Source: Salisapilia sapeloensis CBS 127946 (taxonomy: Eukaryota; Protista; Oomycota). Taken from it: DNA of 64,000 nucleotides. Within the stretch, counting starts at the first letter, position 1, and the number at the start of each line of letters is the position of its first letter. The stretch spans positions 44,529 to 108,528 of the forward strand of contig JAADVB010000031.1 of assembly GCA_023334545.1 (NCBI GenBank), in the 5' to 3' direction. Position numbers and translations under genes: made by a program. Shown in pieces: positions 35,829-47,388 of this stretch. The notes under the pieces were generated by a model, which worked only from the letters and a program-made list of their open reading frames with translations, did no database searches and had not been told where the DNA came from.

Positions 35829-37597
35829 ATGCTGCGAAAGTTGTTTTACTGCTCGAGCGCTGGGAACAATGAATATGCGCTAACTGAAGACTCGTCTGGG
35901 TTTCCAGAGCTCACTGCACAGCTCGATTTGGTCGAAAGTATGCCTTTTGTATACATATACTCTGGCGGGATATTGAGATGGAATGGCTTGGTAGGTCGAT
36001 TAATGGAGGTAGTAACTGAAGTCAGACGACACATCCACGCAGCGAATGGTAGTCTGCAACTCGCGATTCAACGCACTAGACTTAATTTTGTCTAACCGGA
36101 AAGATGTAGATCTGGTATTGTCCGGACGAGCACTTCGTACGCTATCGTTAAGTGAAGGCAGCTCTCCCGAGACCGAGGAAGATGAGTTTGTCCGTCAATT
36201 AGAAGGATTTGAAGACTCGACGACATCCCCCTTGCTGAAACTGCTGGACAGCATTCCTCACCTTCGCGTAAGGATGATCTTCATGAATATTTATCCATGC
36301 TACTGAGACTAAATTATATACTTGTGCTTATAGGTTCGTAGTGATCATCGAAATTGTGCCATGTCCCTAACGCACCAATATCAACGCAAGATGGATCACT
36401 TACAAGCCGAGAAGGCAGTCAAAACCAGTCGCTTTCGAAGAGTAACTTGTCGATTATCTTCCTGTACGGCTTTGATCAACTCCCTCATCTCGTTTTCTTT
36501 TAGAATTGTGCCAAGCTCAATGCTGCATCTACACGTTTCAAGGACCTTGATCTGAAAGTTCGAGCAGACATGCAAAAGCTATTTGAAGAAGAAAAAAAGC
36601 TGACAAGAGATGCACTATCGGTCAAGGTACTTGTCTATCCACTACTTTGTTTATCGTCTTATCCTCATAGGATTTCTAGGTTTTATACTTGCAAAAGCTA
36701 GTACGAATGCAGCTTGATACGGAAGCATCTTTAATAAAGAAACAGGTTGCAGACCAAACAAAAGATGACGGCAGAGAACCATGCCGTTCTCCAAAGTGTG
36801 ACAAGTACCTGAATGACCGTGCGATATCTGAGGAGACCGTTGACCTAGAGGTTGGTGTATGCCCTTCACCATCCATCGACGATGCAGGGTCACCTAAAGG
36901 AGGTGCGCTGCGATCTCCAAAAGAACCTAGCCCAAAGTCCCGTGTTATGCCGCAGCATGTACTCGATGAAGACCGCAGTGTCTGTCCTCGACGCAAGCAT
37001 GTATATGGTACGAGTACTTGGAAGTTACACCAGCATATCAAGATGACCATGGCGGATGGATTTGATCTATCCGAATGCATCCAGTTACCGGACGGCACCC
37101 CGATCGAAGAATGGATTGCAGTGCATGTAATAGATTTCTTCAATGAGATCAGTCTCCTGTATGGAACTATCAGTGAGCTTTGCACACCAACGACATGTCC
37201 GGAGATGACTGCTGGACCACGGTACACTTATCTGTGGGCTGACGGTGTCGACCAAATCATCCCAGTCTCCATCCCGGCTCCGGAATACGTCGCGAAACTC
37301 TTGGAATGGATCGATCTGCAAGTGAATAACCCTGAACTATTTCCAGTGGATGGAGAGCATCATGAAGTCCGAGGCTTCATGTCTATCGCAAAGACCATTC
37401 TAAAGCGTTTATTCCGTGTCTATGCGCACATCTACCACAGCCATCTTCAGAACTATGCCATGTTGGAAGCAGAAACCCATCTTAACTTTTGCTTTAAACG
37501 ATTTGTTCTATTCGTACGCGAATACCGACTGATCGATCCGAAGGAACTAAATGCGCTTCGTGTACTCATCCATCGCATCGTCGGGCAACCACATTGA
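35829..37597 (+). CDS. MOB1-family kinase activator with long N-terminal helical/coiled-coil extension; five introns
   Basis: Exons splice in frame from MLRKLFYC... through DALSVK-VLYLQKLVRMQLD to the MOB domain EWIAVHVIDFFNEISLLYGTISELCTPTTCPEM...AHIYHSH...HLNFCFKRF. Zn ligands C,C,H,H are retained. Confidence 0.82.
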
Positions 37598-38099
37598 CAA
37601 CATTTATAATCAAATACACTGCATGATATCATTTGGTGTAGTAACTTTGTTTGATATGGGATTAAGACGCACTCATGATCTGAGTTTGTAGCCACGATCC
37701 AGCAATGAAAGCTCATCTGGCCCTTTGATTTACATCTACAGTGACATGCGTATTAAACTATATCCTGCTGACCTTCTCATGCCTAAAATTCACACTGCCT
37801 CCTTGCATCTTTATTTCATTGCTCAGTTCCCAGAAGGTCTTAAAGTGTTTAGATATGCACATAATAGAGAGCTAGCAGCGATCGAGTAGGTTGCCAGATA
37901 GTGAGGCCATGGTCGCGCTGAATCAGTGTTCAAAGAACTTGCGGATTCGCATGTTGTCATTCCACTCATGACAATTGAATAGGCAAACTCTGCGTTTGCT
38001 GAGAATAGCCAATTTTGTTTTGCCATTTACCATTGGAAACCCAACGAAGCACTTCAATGTAACTTTTTCACCATAGTAGGAGTACAAAAGCAAGTAATC

Positions 38100-38596
38100 G
38101 TTCGTCTTGGATGCAATCAGGAGAAAACCATCTTCGCGAAGACTTCAAGTCACGCCTATTGCTCGAAATGTGCAAATTTGAAAAAGTGCGCGAAAGACTC
38201 GGTGAGCTCTTCGCTTTAGTTGCGGTATTGAGCTCTTCGCTATTATTTCAGAACAGGCGTAGTACAGTGTCAAACGCAATAATTTAGTGATATATGTGAC
38301 TCGCACCGTACTTTGTCCCACTAAAATGGCGAAGAGCTAACTAGCGCAAGTAAAGCGAAAGCAACTTCAACCTGAAGGGTTCTGAGGACACGCTCGACAC
38401 TATGCCCCGCCAAAGCTTGGCTGAGAACCGGACTGTATACGTGGAAAGAGAAGGAAATGTGGACAATCATGGTAAAGTAGGACGAATCGCCAAAGATGTA
38501 GGCATTGATTCCAATTATAATTCATCTATGTTTCTTTTCATAATACCAGTTATTCCTTGCATAATACCCGGTTACCCGCTGAACGAACACGACCTC
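38100..38596 (+). repeat. Dispersed ~500-bp element, copy B (hairpin 38210-38359 plus small ORF 38402-38605)
   Basis: Colinear with copies A and C. 38329-38359 is the exact reverse complement of 11966-11996. Confidence 0.9.
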
Positions 38597-38769
38597 ATAC
38601 AGTAGTACAAACCAAAAAGCATTGGGACCAAGTAGACGTTAACTTGGCGAAACTGGAATTAACGCGGTCCCCGTAAAGTATCTTTGCTGCATACGTAATC
38701 AAGCTCAAGTTCAAGGTGAAGCTCTGCTCTCACAAATCCTTTAAGCGCATCGAGCTCGAAGAAAGAATC

Positions 38770-39512
38770 ATGAGCACGAAAACTGTCCTTATTACCGGAG
38801 CCTCTCGGAGCATCGGGCTAGAGCTGGCGAAAGAGTACAAGGGGCTCGGCTGGAATGTCATCGGCGCCGTCCGTAGCCCGGACTCAGCTACTCAGGTACA
38901 TTATTGTTAGGCATACTAGAAATGCACATCCTCATGCCAGTGTGATAGCTCAAGGAGCTGAGCCCGTACAAGGTTGTTCGGATGGATATGAAGGACGAGT
39001 CTTCCATCCTGGATGCTGCCAAGAGCGTCGAGTCCGAGCCCATCGACCTGCTCATTAACAACGCTGGTATCTTGTATCGTCGCGGCTTCCAAGACACGAC
39101 GAAAGAAGACATGATGGAACAGTTCGAAGTGAACGTTACAGGTCCCTTCTTGACGACGCGTGCCTTCTTACCGAACTTGAAAGAGGCCGTCAAGCAGCGT
39201 GGAGAAGCCAAAGTCGTGCAAATCTCGTCCTACCTCGGCAGTATCGAATTAGCTCCGCCAAGCACATACGGCTACAACACTTCCAAGGCAGGTGTCAATA
39301 TGGTTCAAAAGTGCATTTCGCAAGACTTCAAGGACGAAAAGATCACTACTGTCAGCCTGCACCCTGGCTACGTCGCTACGGATATGAACGACTACAAGGG
39401 CGTCGTCAAGGTGACTGACAGTGCAAAAGGTCTCGTAAGTGTCATCCAAGGTCTTACGCATGACAATACCGGCAAGTTCTTTGACTACACCGGAGCTCCA
39501 CTACCGTGGTAG
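38770..39512 (+). CDS. Short-chain dehydrogenase/reductase, C-factor (CsgA)-like; intron 38896-38948
   Basis: TVLITGASRSIGLELAK, LLINNAGI, catalytic YNTSKAG, SLHPGYVATDM. Confidence 0.93.
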
Positions 39513-39612
39513 GCTTGGCGCTACTAGCTGAGAGCATCTGCCTGAAAAAATAATTTTCAATTTCTTTTCTTTTCTTTGTTTGAGCACAATAAATCTCCAC
39601 CATCAAGTCGGA

Positions 39613-40653
39613 ATGGCTACGAGGTCGCTCCGTACGCTCGTATCGGCGGCAGGACAAGCTGTCCGTCGCAACAATGTTGCTGCACGTGTAGCTAGCTTCC
39701 ATCCACTCGTGAATACGCCTATGAATGCTAGTGTCCACTTCCCGTCTTCTGTAGCATCCAATGGCAGTGTGCGCTTCATGGCGAGTGACCGAGCTGAACG
39801 TCGTAAGAAGCTTCGTAAGCAGAAGAAGAAAGGTGGTAAGCAAGCACCGCTCTTGAAAGACACACTCCGAAAGCTTTATTTGCGTACACACCCGGATCTG
39901 TTTGCTCAATACCCAGAGCAGCAGCAGCAGAATGAGGAATCGTACAAGGAATTGATGGGCATCTTGGATTCGATTGAAAAGAATAACGAGTACCCGCCTG
40001 CGAAGACGCAGATCCTACCTTTCTACTTGAAAACACCTCAGGAAGGGGAGTTCCGAGAAGTGTCGCTACACCTCCGTACCACTGGCGGTGCTTGCAATAC
40101 GTTAGTGGAGGAAGCTCTCGGGCAGTTTTTCAGCGACTGTGGTCTCCCACCGTCGTTCCAGTGGGGAGAAGGTAGCTGGGGAAGAGCAGTCGGTAAGGAA
40201 GAAGTGAAGAACTCGAACATGGATTTCCATGAAGAGGAGAGTCGACCTGTGCAGCCAGAACCGGAGCCAGAGTACACTCCGAGTCCGCCGTCTTCGAATG
40301 AAAAGTCGATTGAGACGATTCTGGATGAACTAAATGATGTCTTTGAGATCATTGCAGCTGTGCCTGTGATGGATGAAGAAGAGTTTGGTGAGCTGAGGGG
40401 GTACTACGTCGATGGTGAAGGACTGGATGAGATCGAGTCGAGAGGCTTTATGATCAAAGAGCCGACGCATAGGATTTGGGAAGGCGAGCGTGACTTGAGT
40501 GTGCTCACCAAGGGACTTGACAGCGATAGTGCGTTGATTGTGCAGCGAATTTTACTCCACACGCAGGTTATTGAACAGAAGATTCAGGAGATCTTGGAGA
40601 ATGGAGGTGTAGACCCGGATGACGACTCGAACGATACTTCCAAGTCGACGTAG
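39613..40653 (+). CDS. Probable mitochondrial DUF4460/TCAIM-like protein
   Basis: Arg/Ser/Ala-rich presequence-like N-terminus, then LRKLYLRTHPDLFAQYPEQQQQNEESYKEL (J-like HPD motif of DUF4460). Confidence 0.7.
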   Translation: MATRSLRTLVSAAGQAVRRNNVAARVASFHPLVNTPMNASVHFPSSVASNGSVRFMASDRAERRKKLRKQKKKGGKQAPLLKDTLRKLYLRTHPDLFAQYPEQQQQNEESYKELMGILDSIEKNNEYPPAKTQILPFYLKTPQEGEFREVSLHLRTTGGACNTLVEEALGQFFSDCGLPPSFQWGEGSWGRAVGKEEVKNSNMDFHEEESRPVQPEPEPEYTPSPPSSNEKSIETILDELNDVFEIIAAVPVMDEEEFGELRGYYVDGEGLDEIESRGFMIKEPTHRIWEGERDLSVLTKGLDSDSALIVQRILLHTQVIEQKIQEILENGGVDPDDDSNDTSKST

Positions 40654-40870
40654 ATTGCTTGCACTGCATTAGACTAGACATGCCGCATCAATGTTCATCC
40701 TTTTGCATTCACTTTTGGTTGATGAAGGCTAGAGTTCGATTGGTATATGACCGCTTTCGTACAGGACATAGCTATAGCAGAGGTAGCATTTACGAAGAAT
40801 AGCTAAAAGGATCGGTTCACAGGCCTGTGTATGTTGTCAATGTTTCCTGGTGTATAAAATATAAAAAGTG

Positions 40871-40942
40871 GGGCCTTGCCGGAGATCGAATCCGGGACCT
40901 CACGCACCCTAAGCGTGAATCATACCACTAGACCACAAGGCC
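40871..40942 (-). tRNA. tRNA-Pro(AGG): tRNA-Pro (anticodon AGG)
   Basis: The reverse complement folds as a cloverleaf: GGCCTTG/CAAGGCC acceptor, CACGC-TTAGGGT-GCGTG anticodon arm, CCGGA-TTCGATC-TCCGG T arm. It is followed by CACTTTTT (Pol III terminator). Confidence 0.97.
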
Positions 40943-42170
40943 AGCTGTCCGTTTCATTAAATGCTATATATAAAAAATAATGATATATTTGTTGTAGTAA
41001 CCTGGTACGAATTGCGAGTCTATAAGCTGGAAACTAATGAGTGATACTTTCGTTCTTGTGAGGCGTAGACGCTATGGTGTTGTAAAACCAGACTCTAAAG
41101 CTTTTGCATTTGGTGAGGATATCACTAGAAAGTTGTATGGAGGGTAAGCATGAGATCCAAAGCTGTGATACATCGTTGAATAAATATGCACGCTATCATG
41201 GACCCTGCATCATTTTATCTGCCCTTACGCATGCGTATCCAAAAGTTGTTTGCTTCTTTATAAACACAGCTATCATCGGGCGCGTATCGATGTCAACATG
41301 TTACCATTTTCATGCTCGATTTATCTTCTAAGAGAGGCAATGCACTCTGTTCTGGCAGAAATGAAGCTTGTCACAAAATCTAGACCCGAGTTTAGACCGT
41401 GGAAATGGCTTATCTGTCGGTCCCTTTATCAGTACAAAATCAATACTTGACTCGGTAGGGACTGTGCTTGCATTGCATACTGAATACAAGCTAGAGATAA
41501 GCTTAGGCATTTCACAGTATCTAGAAATAGCTGGAGGCAAAGTTTGTGAACAAAAGCCGCCTTTCAAACCGATTAGTACCATCAGAACTGGTCCTCTCAC
41601 ACAGACATTTTTGCTACACTAAGCTTTCGCTTCTTGATCAAAAATTTTACTAAGTGTATTCCTTTTTAAATGTATGTAAGGGGAGGTCAAGTGTTTTTTC
41701 ATTGTATCCGAGCTAAATATTGTTTTTATTTGTAGCTGCACGGCTGAGTTTTCAAGGTTGTAAATGCAAACCATGATGATCAAAGCACTACGCGAACTAC
41801 TTTGTTGGTCACAAATGCTTTGTATGGATGAACATTGCACCTTTCGGCACTGTCGCCCATGAAGCGAGACTTCGTTTAAAATATTTCTCGACTCACTACT
41901 ATAATCTTCACTGAAGCCTTCCAGTATAGATTTTGGTATCTGCAATGAAGGAAGACGAGTTCTAGGTATTATTTGCGTAATAGGCATGGTCTATTTCATA
42001 TCATCATTACCTAGATCTAATCATCTATATATAAATGAACAAGTGCTCAAGTGTCCACCATGAGACATACGTTCAGAAGCGCTACCCAGCCCAGTAACCT
42101 TCACATCCATCTCATCGGTCATTTGACCGTGTCTTGACGATCACATTCCAGCGGATGCATCGTAAATAAT

Positions 42171-42633
42171 CAGGCCGTGTACGTTCAGCGGATTATCGGG
42201 CATTTTGAAAAGAAACACGGATGAATTGTAATAGGAATCAATGCCCAAGTCTCTGGCTGTTGATCCTACTCCTAGATTTCTATCCGCGTGTAATGTCTGT
42301 TCCTCTGGCGTGTCTTGGCGGGAATAGTGTCGAGAGTATAGTGATAGATCGTCGGAAGTCATTCAGGTTGAAGTTGCATTCGATTTACTTGCAACATTGA
42401 GCTTTTCGCCATTTCAGTGGGACGGGTACAGTGTGAGTCGCAAATGCCGCCCAATTAGTTCACCCACCACTGTACTATGCCTGTTTCGAAATAATAGCGA
42501 AGGGCTCACTAGCGCAAGCGAAGAGCTCACCGAGTCTTTCGCGCGGTTTTACAAATTTGCACATTTCGAGCAATAGGCGTGACTTGAAGTCTTCTCCAAG
42601 ATCATTTCCTCCTGATTACATCGAAGACCAAGG
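42171..42633 (-). repeat. Dispersed ~500-bp element, copy C (hairpin 42379-42522 plus small ORF 42141-42362)
   Basis: The reverse complement is colinear with copies A and B, with two short deletions in the ORF part. Confidence 0.9.
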
Positions 42634-43203
42634 CGGTGGTTGACCAAAAGAAGCAAGGTTGTATTCGTTGAGAGGATAATCGAGGATCATGCGAGATAGA
42701 ATATACAGTATGGTAACGAGCACGTGCGAACTGTGATCGGTATTATGCCTCTTGAATCGGCTTACTTGAAATGCACGCAAAAGGTAGGTGATGTCGAAAG
42801 GTATGTCGATCCAGGCCTAATTTGCCCCAAGAACGTCATTTGTATGTTGCAACTTCCACACAATTCGTGCTACACCAAGCATGGCAATGGAAACGTCAAT
42901 TTCAGCAGAAGATGGAGCACGAGAGATATGTTAGATTAAGAGTATGGAGTCACGTCCTCATCAGTAGTAGAAATCACTTGCTTTGTATTTCTAGTTTAGC
43001 GGGAAAGTCATATCGAAGTGTTTCATTGGGTTTTCACTGGCAAGTGGTAAAACACTATCGGCAATTCTGAGCGAACGCGGAATTGCCCTAGTCTACCACC
43101 ATAAATAAAATTACAAAGTGCAAATCTCTAAAGTTACCAAATGTATATTCGGCGTAATTTACTCTTGTATTATTATATTTATTAATTGAACTATTGATTA
43201 AGC

Positions 43204-43275
43204 GGCCTTGTGGTCTAGTGGTATGATTCACGCTTAGGGTGCGTGAGGTCCCGGATTCGATCTCCGGCAAGGCCC
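43204..43275 (+). tRNA. tRNA-Pro(AGG): tRNA-Pro (anticodon AGG), identical to the 40871-40942 copy
   Basis: Same 72-nt cloverleaf, followed by CACTTTTTT. Confidence 0.97.
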
Positions 43276-43582
43276 CACTTTTTTGATTTTTATATCCAGA
43301 GCTGAATACTTCATAGACGACTTTGCAAAATGAATTTCGAGATACATATCTGCATCCTGCGTACGAATGTTTTTCGCTCGATTTTTAACAAATATATCAG
43401 TATAATGCATTGAGCGTTATACGAAAGCAATCTCCTCTGCATCGACAAAACCATCCAAGGATCAATCCATCATACCTACACGCTATGCCTTTCAAAGAAC
43501 ACACAAAACACCTGCAGCAAACCCACAAGGTCTGTTATTTCAACCACGACAAGCCTATCCAACGCAAGGTTTACATTGCTTA

Positions 43583-46293
43583 TTACCTACCCTTTTGCTC
43601 CTGCCTCTGCTCCTTTTGCATAATCACTAGCGACTGCAGTAGCTCCGACGAAACCATCTCCGGGTTCTTCTTACAGTACCTGACAAACCCATGGAGCTTC
43701 ATCATCGAGTCCGCCGGACATGACTTGACTGCACTTTGGACCTTGGGATGTATGAGCACTTTTGCGAGTGCATGAACAAACTTGGACGAGTACGGTGGCG
43801 AGATACGACGAATGAGTTCCGTGACAAAATCTCGAAGCAACGCTTGATCGAGCTCTAATGTATTCGTCTGGACAAACTCAAGGACTGGAAGGACGTATCC
43901 ACTTGTGATCATAAAGATCATGCAGCGCAAACTCTCTCGCTTTAGCTCTAGCGCCTACACAAGTTACAAGTGAGCTAGAGAAGAGTACAAGGGAATTCAT
44001 AGCAAGTACCTTGACAGGATTCACTTCCAAGTGGAGTCGAAGTGCCGTCACGAGTACTCGAAAGACGATCGGCCATTGACCAGAGTGAAGACGGATGGAC
44101 GCTTTGAGGATACGCAAGAGACTTGGGAAACAGATATGCAGCAAGGTACTCGTGAGGAAAGCGGGAGACTTGAGGATGACCTCGAGCCAATGAAGGACAC
44201 CCATGGACGCAATGGGGACATCCATGACCGACACCAGTCTCTCCACAACTCCCGACTGACTCATCTACATCCAAGACATTCTCTTGTTAGTACTATTGGC
44301 ATCATAATCTCGAGACATAGGTTCTTACATTGTAGCCGAGGGTGCTGTCGGATTTGCAGATGACAGACGCTTCTTCCAGCGCTTTCTTCGTCTTGTCCAC
44401 TTCGTCCTGATCTACGGACACACCTGCCTCGTCTGCAGGACCAGTCGGATCCAAGATGCTCCGTTCATCACGAGCAGAAGCTGCATACGCTAGTAACTCA
44501 ATGCAGTTCTGTGTGAACGTCGTCGAGATGGATTCAGACGGATCGAACAAGCGATCGAGGAGGCTACGGAAGACCATAGGGTCACGAAGATGAGCGACAG
44601 GAGGTGGTCGCTGTGTAAATTCCTTCACTAGCACTTCACTCGCTTCTTCCGAACACTTTTTCGATTGTACGATACTTAGGATAGCAGTACTCAATCGCTT
44701 ATTCTCTTGATACAAATGTTTTCGTCGTAATGGATGCAAAGCTTCGACTTGTCCTCCAAAGAGGTCAAACGCTTTTTCATGCAGTTCGAGTCGTACACGA
44801 TTTAATTTCGACCGGACGGTTCGATAGTGAAGTAGCGTCTGTCGATCACCTGCACTCATCTGCAGTTGATGGAGCTTCTGATCCATCTTACACAGTAGCT
44901 CTTGCGTATAAGTGAACGAGTACGAGGAGTGGCAGCATATTTTTTTTAAAGCAGCCAAGTCTTCTAGCACCTGTTCTTCACTTGCGAGCGGGATGCGGCA
45001 GAAAGCATCGAGGACGACGCCGTTAAAGACGGAGAAGAAGGCATCAGCGTTCGTGACGGACGCAATCTCCTTGTGGTGTCCTGCTTCGGAGATACGGCGG
45101 ATGGCGTATTGGAGCAATGTACATGTCTTGTGCTTTTCTGCTAGCTCGATGAGCATACGTCGCCACTTGTTGTCTCCAAGCATTTGCGTCAGCCATTCCG
45201 GTTCCACTGTCGAGTCACTCAGGACGTTTGAGACCATAGACGGATCGTAGTGCTCTGCGATGAGACCTTTGAGATGTTTATAAAGCGTCTCGTTAGATGC
45301 TTCCCACGTCGGGCCATCTTTTCCAGACTCAGAGCTATTAAGCATCTGCCGCTCGGCAGACGTCTTTGAGAGAGGGAAGGCATCAAGCCATGAGGCTGCG
45401 AGACCGATGAGCTGGGCGTGACCACGGTAGGAGGAAGAAAGTCTTTCAACGAGGATCTCTGGACCGTTCGACTCTGGATGGACGCGGAGGAAGGCGTTGA
45501 TGACGCTCAAGACGTTAGCTTCCATGATCGCGTCTGTGCGTGACATTTCCTGTAAGAGTCGGGTGGCCTCTTTACCATCGTCCGTGTCCTTCTCTTTCAT
45601 GCTGGAAGACGGGTCGAGTACCTGTCCTTCATCATCACAAATGATTAAACGCTTTTCATTATCCTTCCTACGCTTCCGCTTGGCATTCTCCACATCGGAC
45701 TTATCTTTTTTAACCTTCTTCTTGCGCTTCTTCGTCGGGACAGACGTAGAGTTATTCGTCTGCGCTGTCTCTACAGCTGGAGCTTCGTCCTTTGCTGTAT
45801 CATTCGACTGCTTATCGATTACGTCATTGGATGCTTTCATCGTCTCATCTTCCTTTTGAGGCGTCTCCACCGATTCCTCTTCCTGCTTTTCCGTATTATT
45901 ATTGCTACTAGCCTTTGGTTCAGTCGCATGAGTCGCTTTTGCCTTCACCGAGTCGTCTTGGCTGCTAGCGACCGGACCTTCCGACGTCTTATGGTGCTTC
46001 TTATCTTTTCGACTCGAAGCGCCTCTTTTACCACTATAAGGCTTAATTTCGACGTTTTCAGGCTTGAGCCATTGAGTCTTTCGAGTAGCCCGATTATGAT
46101 AGTACGGTCGCTCATTCTTGGGATCCCACAGTTCCTCCCAATCATCCGGCGCCTGCTTCACTGGCTGTTCATTGCTGGATTTAGTCGTAGCATCCATCTC
46201 TGCCGGTCGGTCCCATGAGCTTTCCCGTGTCTCTCGATTGTAATAGTAGGTCCGACCTTCCTTGGTCACATGCTCACTCCACGTTCCGGCCAT
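43583..46293 (-). CDS. NELFCD: Negative elongation factor C/D (TH1-like) with two N-terminal WW domains; introns 44265-44328 and ~43956-44007
   Basis: WW motifs WSEHVTKEGRTYYYNRETRESSWDRP and WEELWDPKNERPYYHNRATRKTQWLKP. TH1 domain DAIMEANVLSVINAFL...LSSSYRGHAQLIGLAASWL...WRRMLIELAE...YAIRRISEAGH, and C-terminal ITSGYVLPVL...LLRDFVTELIRRISPPYS. Confidence 0.88.
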
Positions 46294-46495
46294 CGCCTCG
46301 GTTTCGCCGTGCTCTGCTGTGGTGTAAGTTTAAAGACACTATACCGTGATAACCGTACTAAATACGAATATAAGATGACGTAAACGTATTTAAATGAAAA
46401 CAAGGTTTTTCTCGAATGTCAACATATAGAGGTCGCTTTTTGTCAAAGAGTTTTTCTCGAACGTCTAGCAGCCAATTTGTCGACTTACGAGTTCC

Positions 46496-47188
46496 ATGTC
46501 GGACGAGGAAAAGGACCAAAAGATTCATGCTGGGTACCATGGATGGTGGTCAACTGTTGCAAAGACGACACAGGTATGCATGGCTTTGAGAGATGTAAAA
46601 TTGTGGACGTAGTGATTGACTAATGAATGGATATAGGATTTCACACCTGCTCGTATCGATTCGTCGGAAGTGAAGGAGGCACCGACTTCGGTTGGAAAAT
46701 CGGCATGGAATTCTGCTGGAACGTGGGAAGAACGAGATAAGTCGCAATGGGCATGCGATCAATTGAAGCAGCACATCATGAACTCGTTCCGGATTGAAGA
46801 CTCGGCTCGGAAGGTATCCATTGCAGCGACTTCGATCGTCCGTTGCGAAGGTGATGCCAAGGTAGTTTTTATCTTTACAGATGTATGCACTGGAGCACTA
46901 AGCTCTCGTATATAGGTTGTGTTCAGCAGAGGTAAGAAGCGATGTGGATACGACATTGCGCTCAAGTTCGCTTGGACATCCACGAGAGTCGATGACGATG
47001 CAGATCAAGTTTCAGGAAACGTAGAGATTCGAGACTTTGACGACATGACTGGTGAAGACTACGAAGTGGACATTACGACAGATGGAAATGGACCACATGG
47101 AAAGGATGCGACGAAGGCTATCTTGAGTTGGGAGAACGAGCTACGTCAGCTTTTCGCAACGTGGAGGAGCGAATTGCTCGAGCAATAA
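46496..47188 (+). CDS. Aha1 N-terminal-domain (Hch1-like) Hsp90 co-chaperone; two introns
   Basis: SAWNSAGTWEERDKSQWA, EGDAK-VVFSRGKKRCGYDIALKFAW, GNVEIRDFDD. Confidence 0.85.
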
Positions 47189-47388
47189 CATTAGACATGG
47201 ATTTGATCATACTTCTTGAACGGCAATAACCTGATTCTGTACCACTTCTCGCTAGCGTAGATGCTTACGTAGACTTAAATAGAATCACTTGTCGATCGAT
47301 TCCCATTCGTTTGATCTGCTTTCCATCTTGGGCAGTATAACTGCCATGCTTCTTGAGATTGATGTTGAAACCGATTTTAAAGTGTCGG

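Noticed and set aside
38100-38200. tRNA-derived SINE origin for the element (GCTCGAAAT resembling a B box)
   Set aside because: Two mismatches to the B box, no A box at a suitable distance, and no simple-repeat tail.
41328-41987. ORFs of 84-122 aa inside the tRNA-flanked island
   Set aside because: AT-rich with no motif or splice support. Cannot be called genes, although 41619-41987 starts about 185 bp downstream of copy C.
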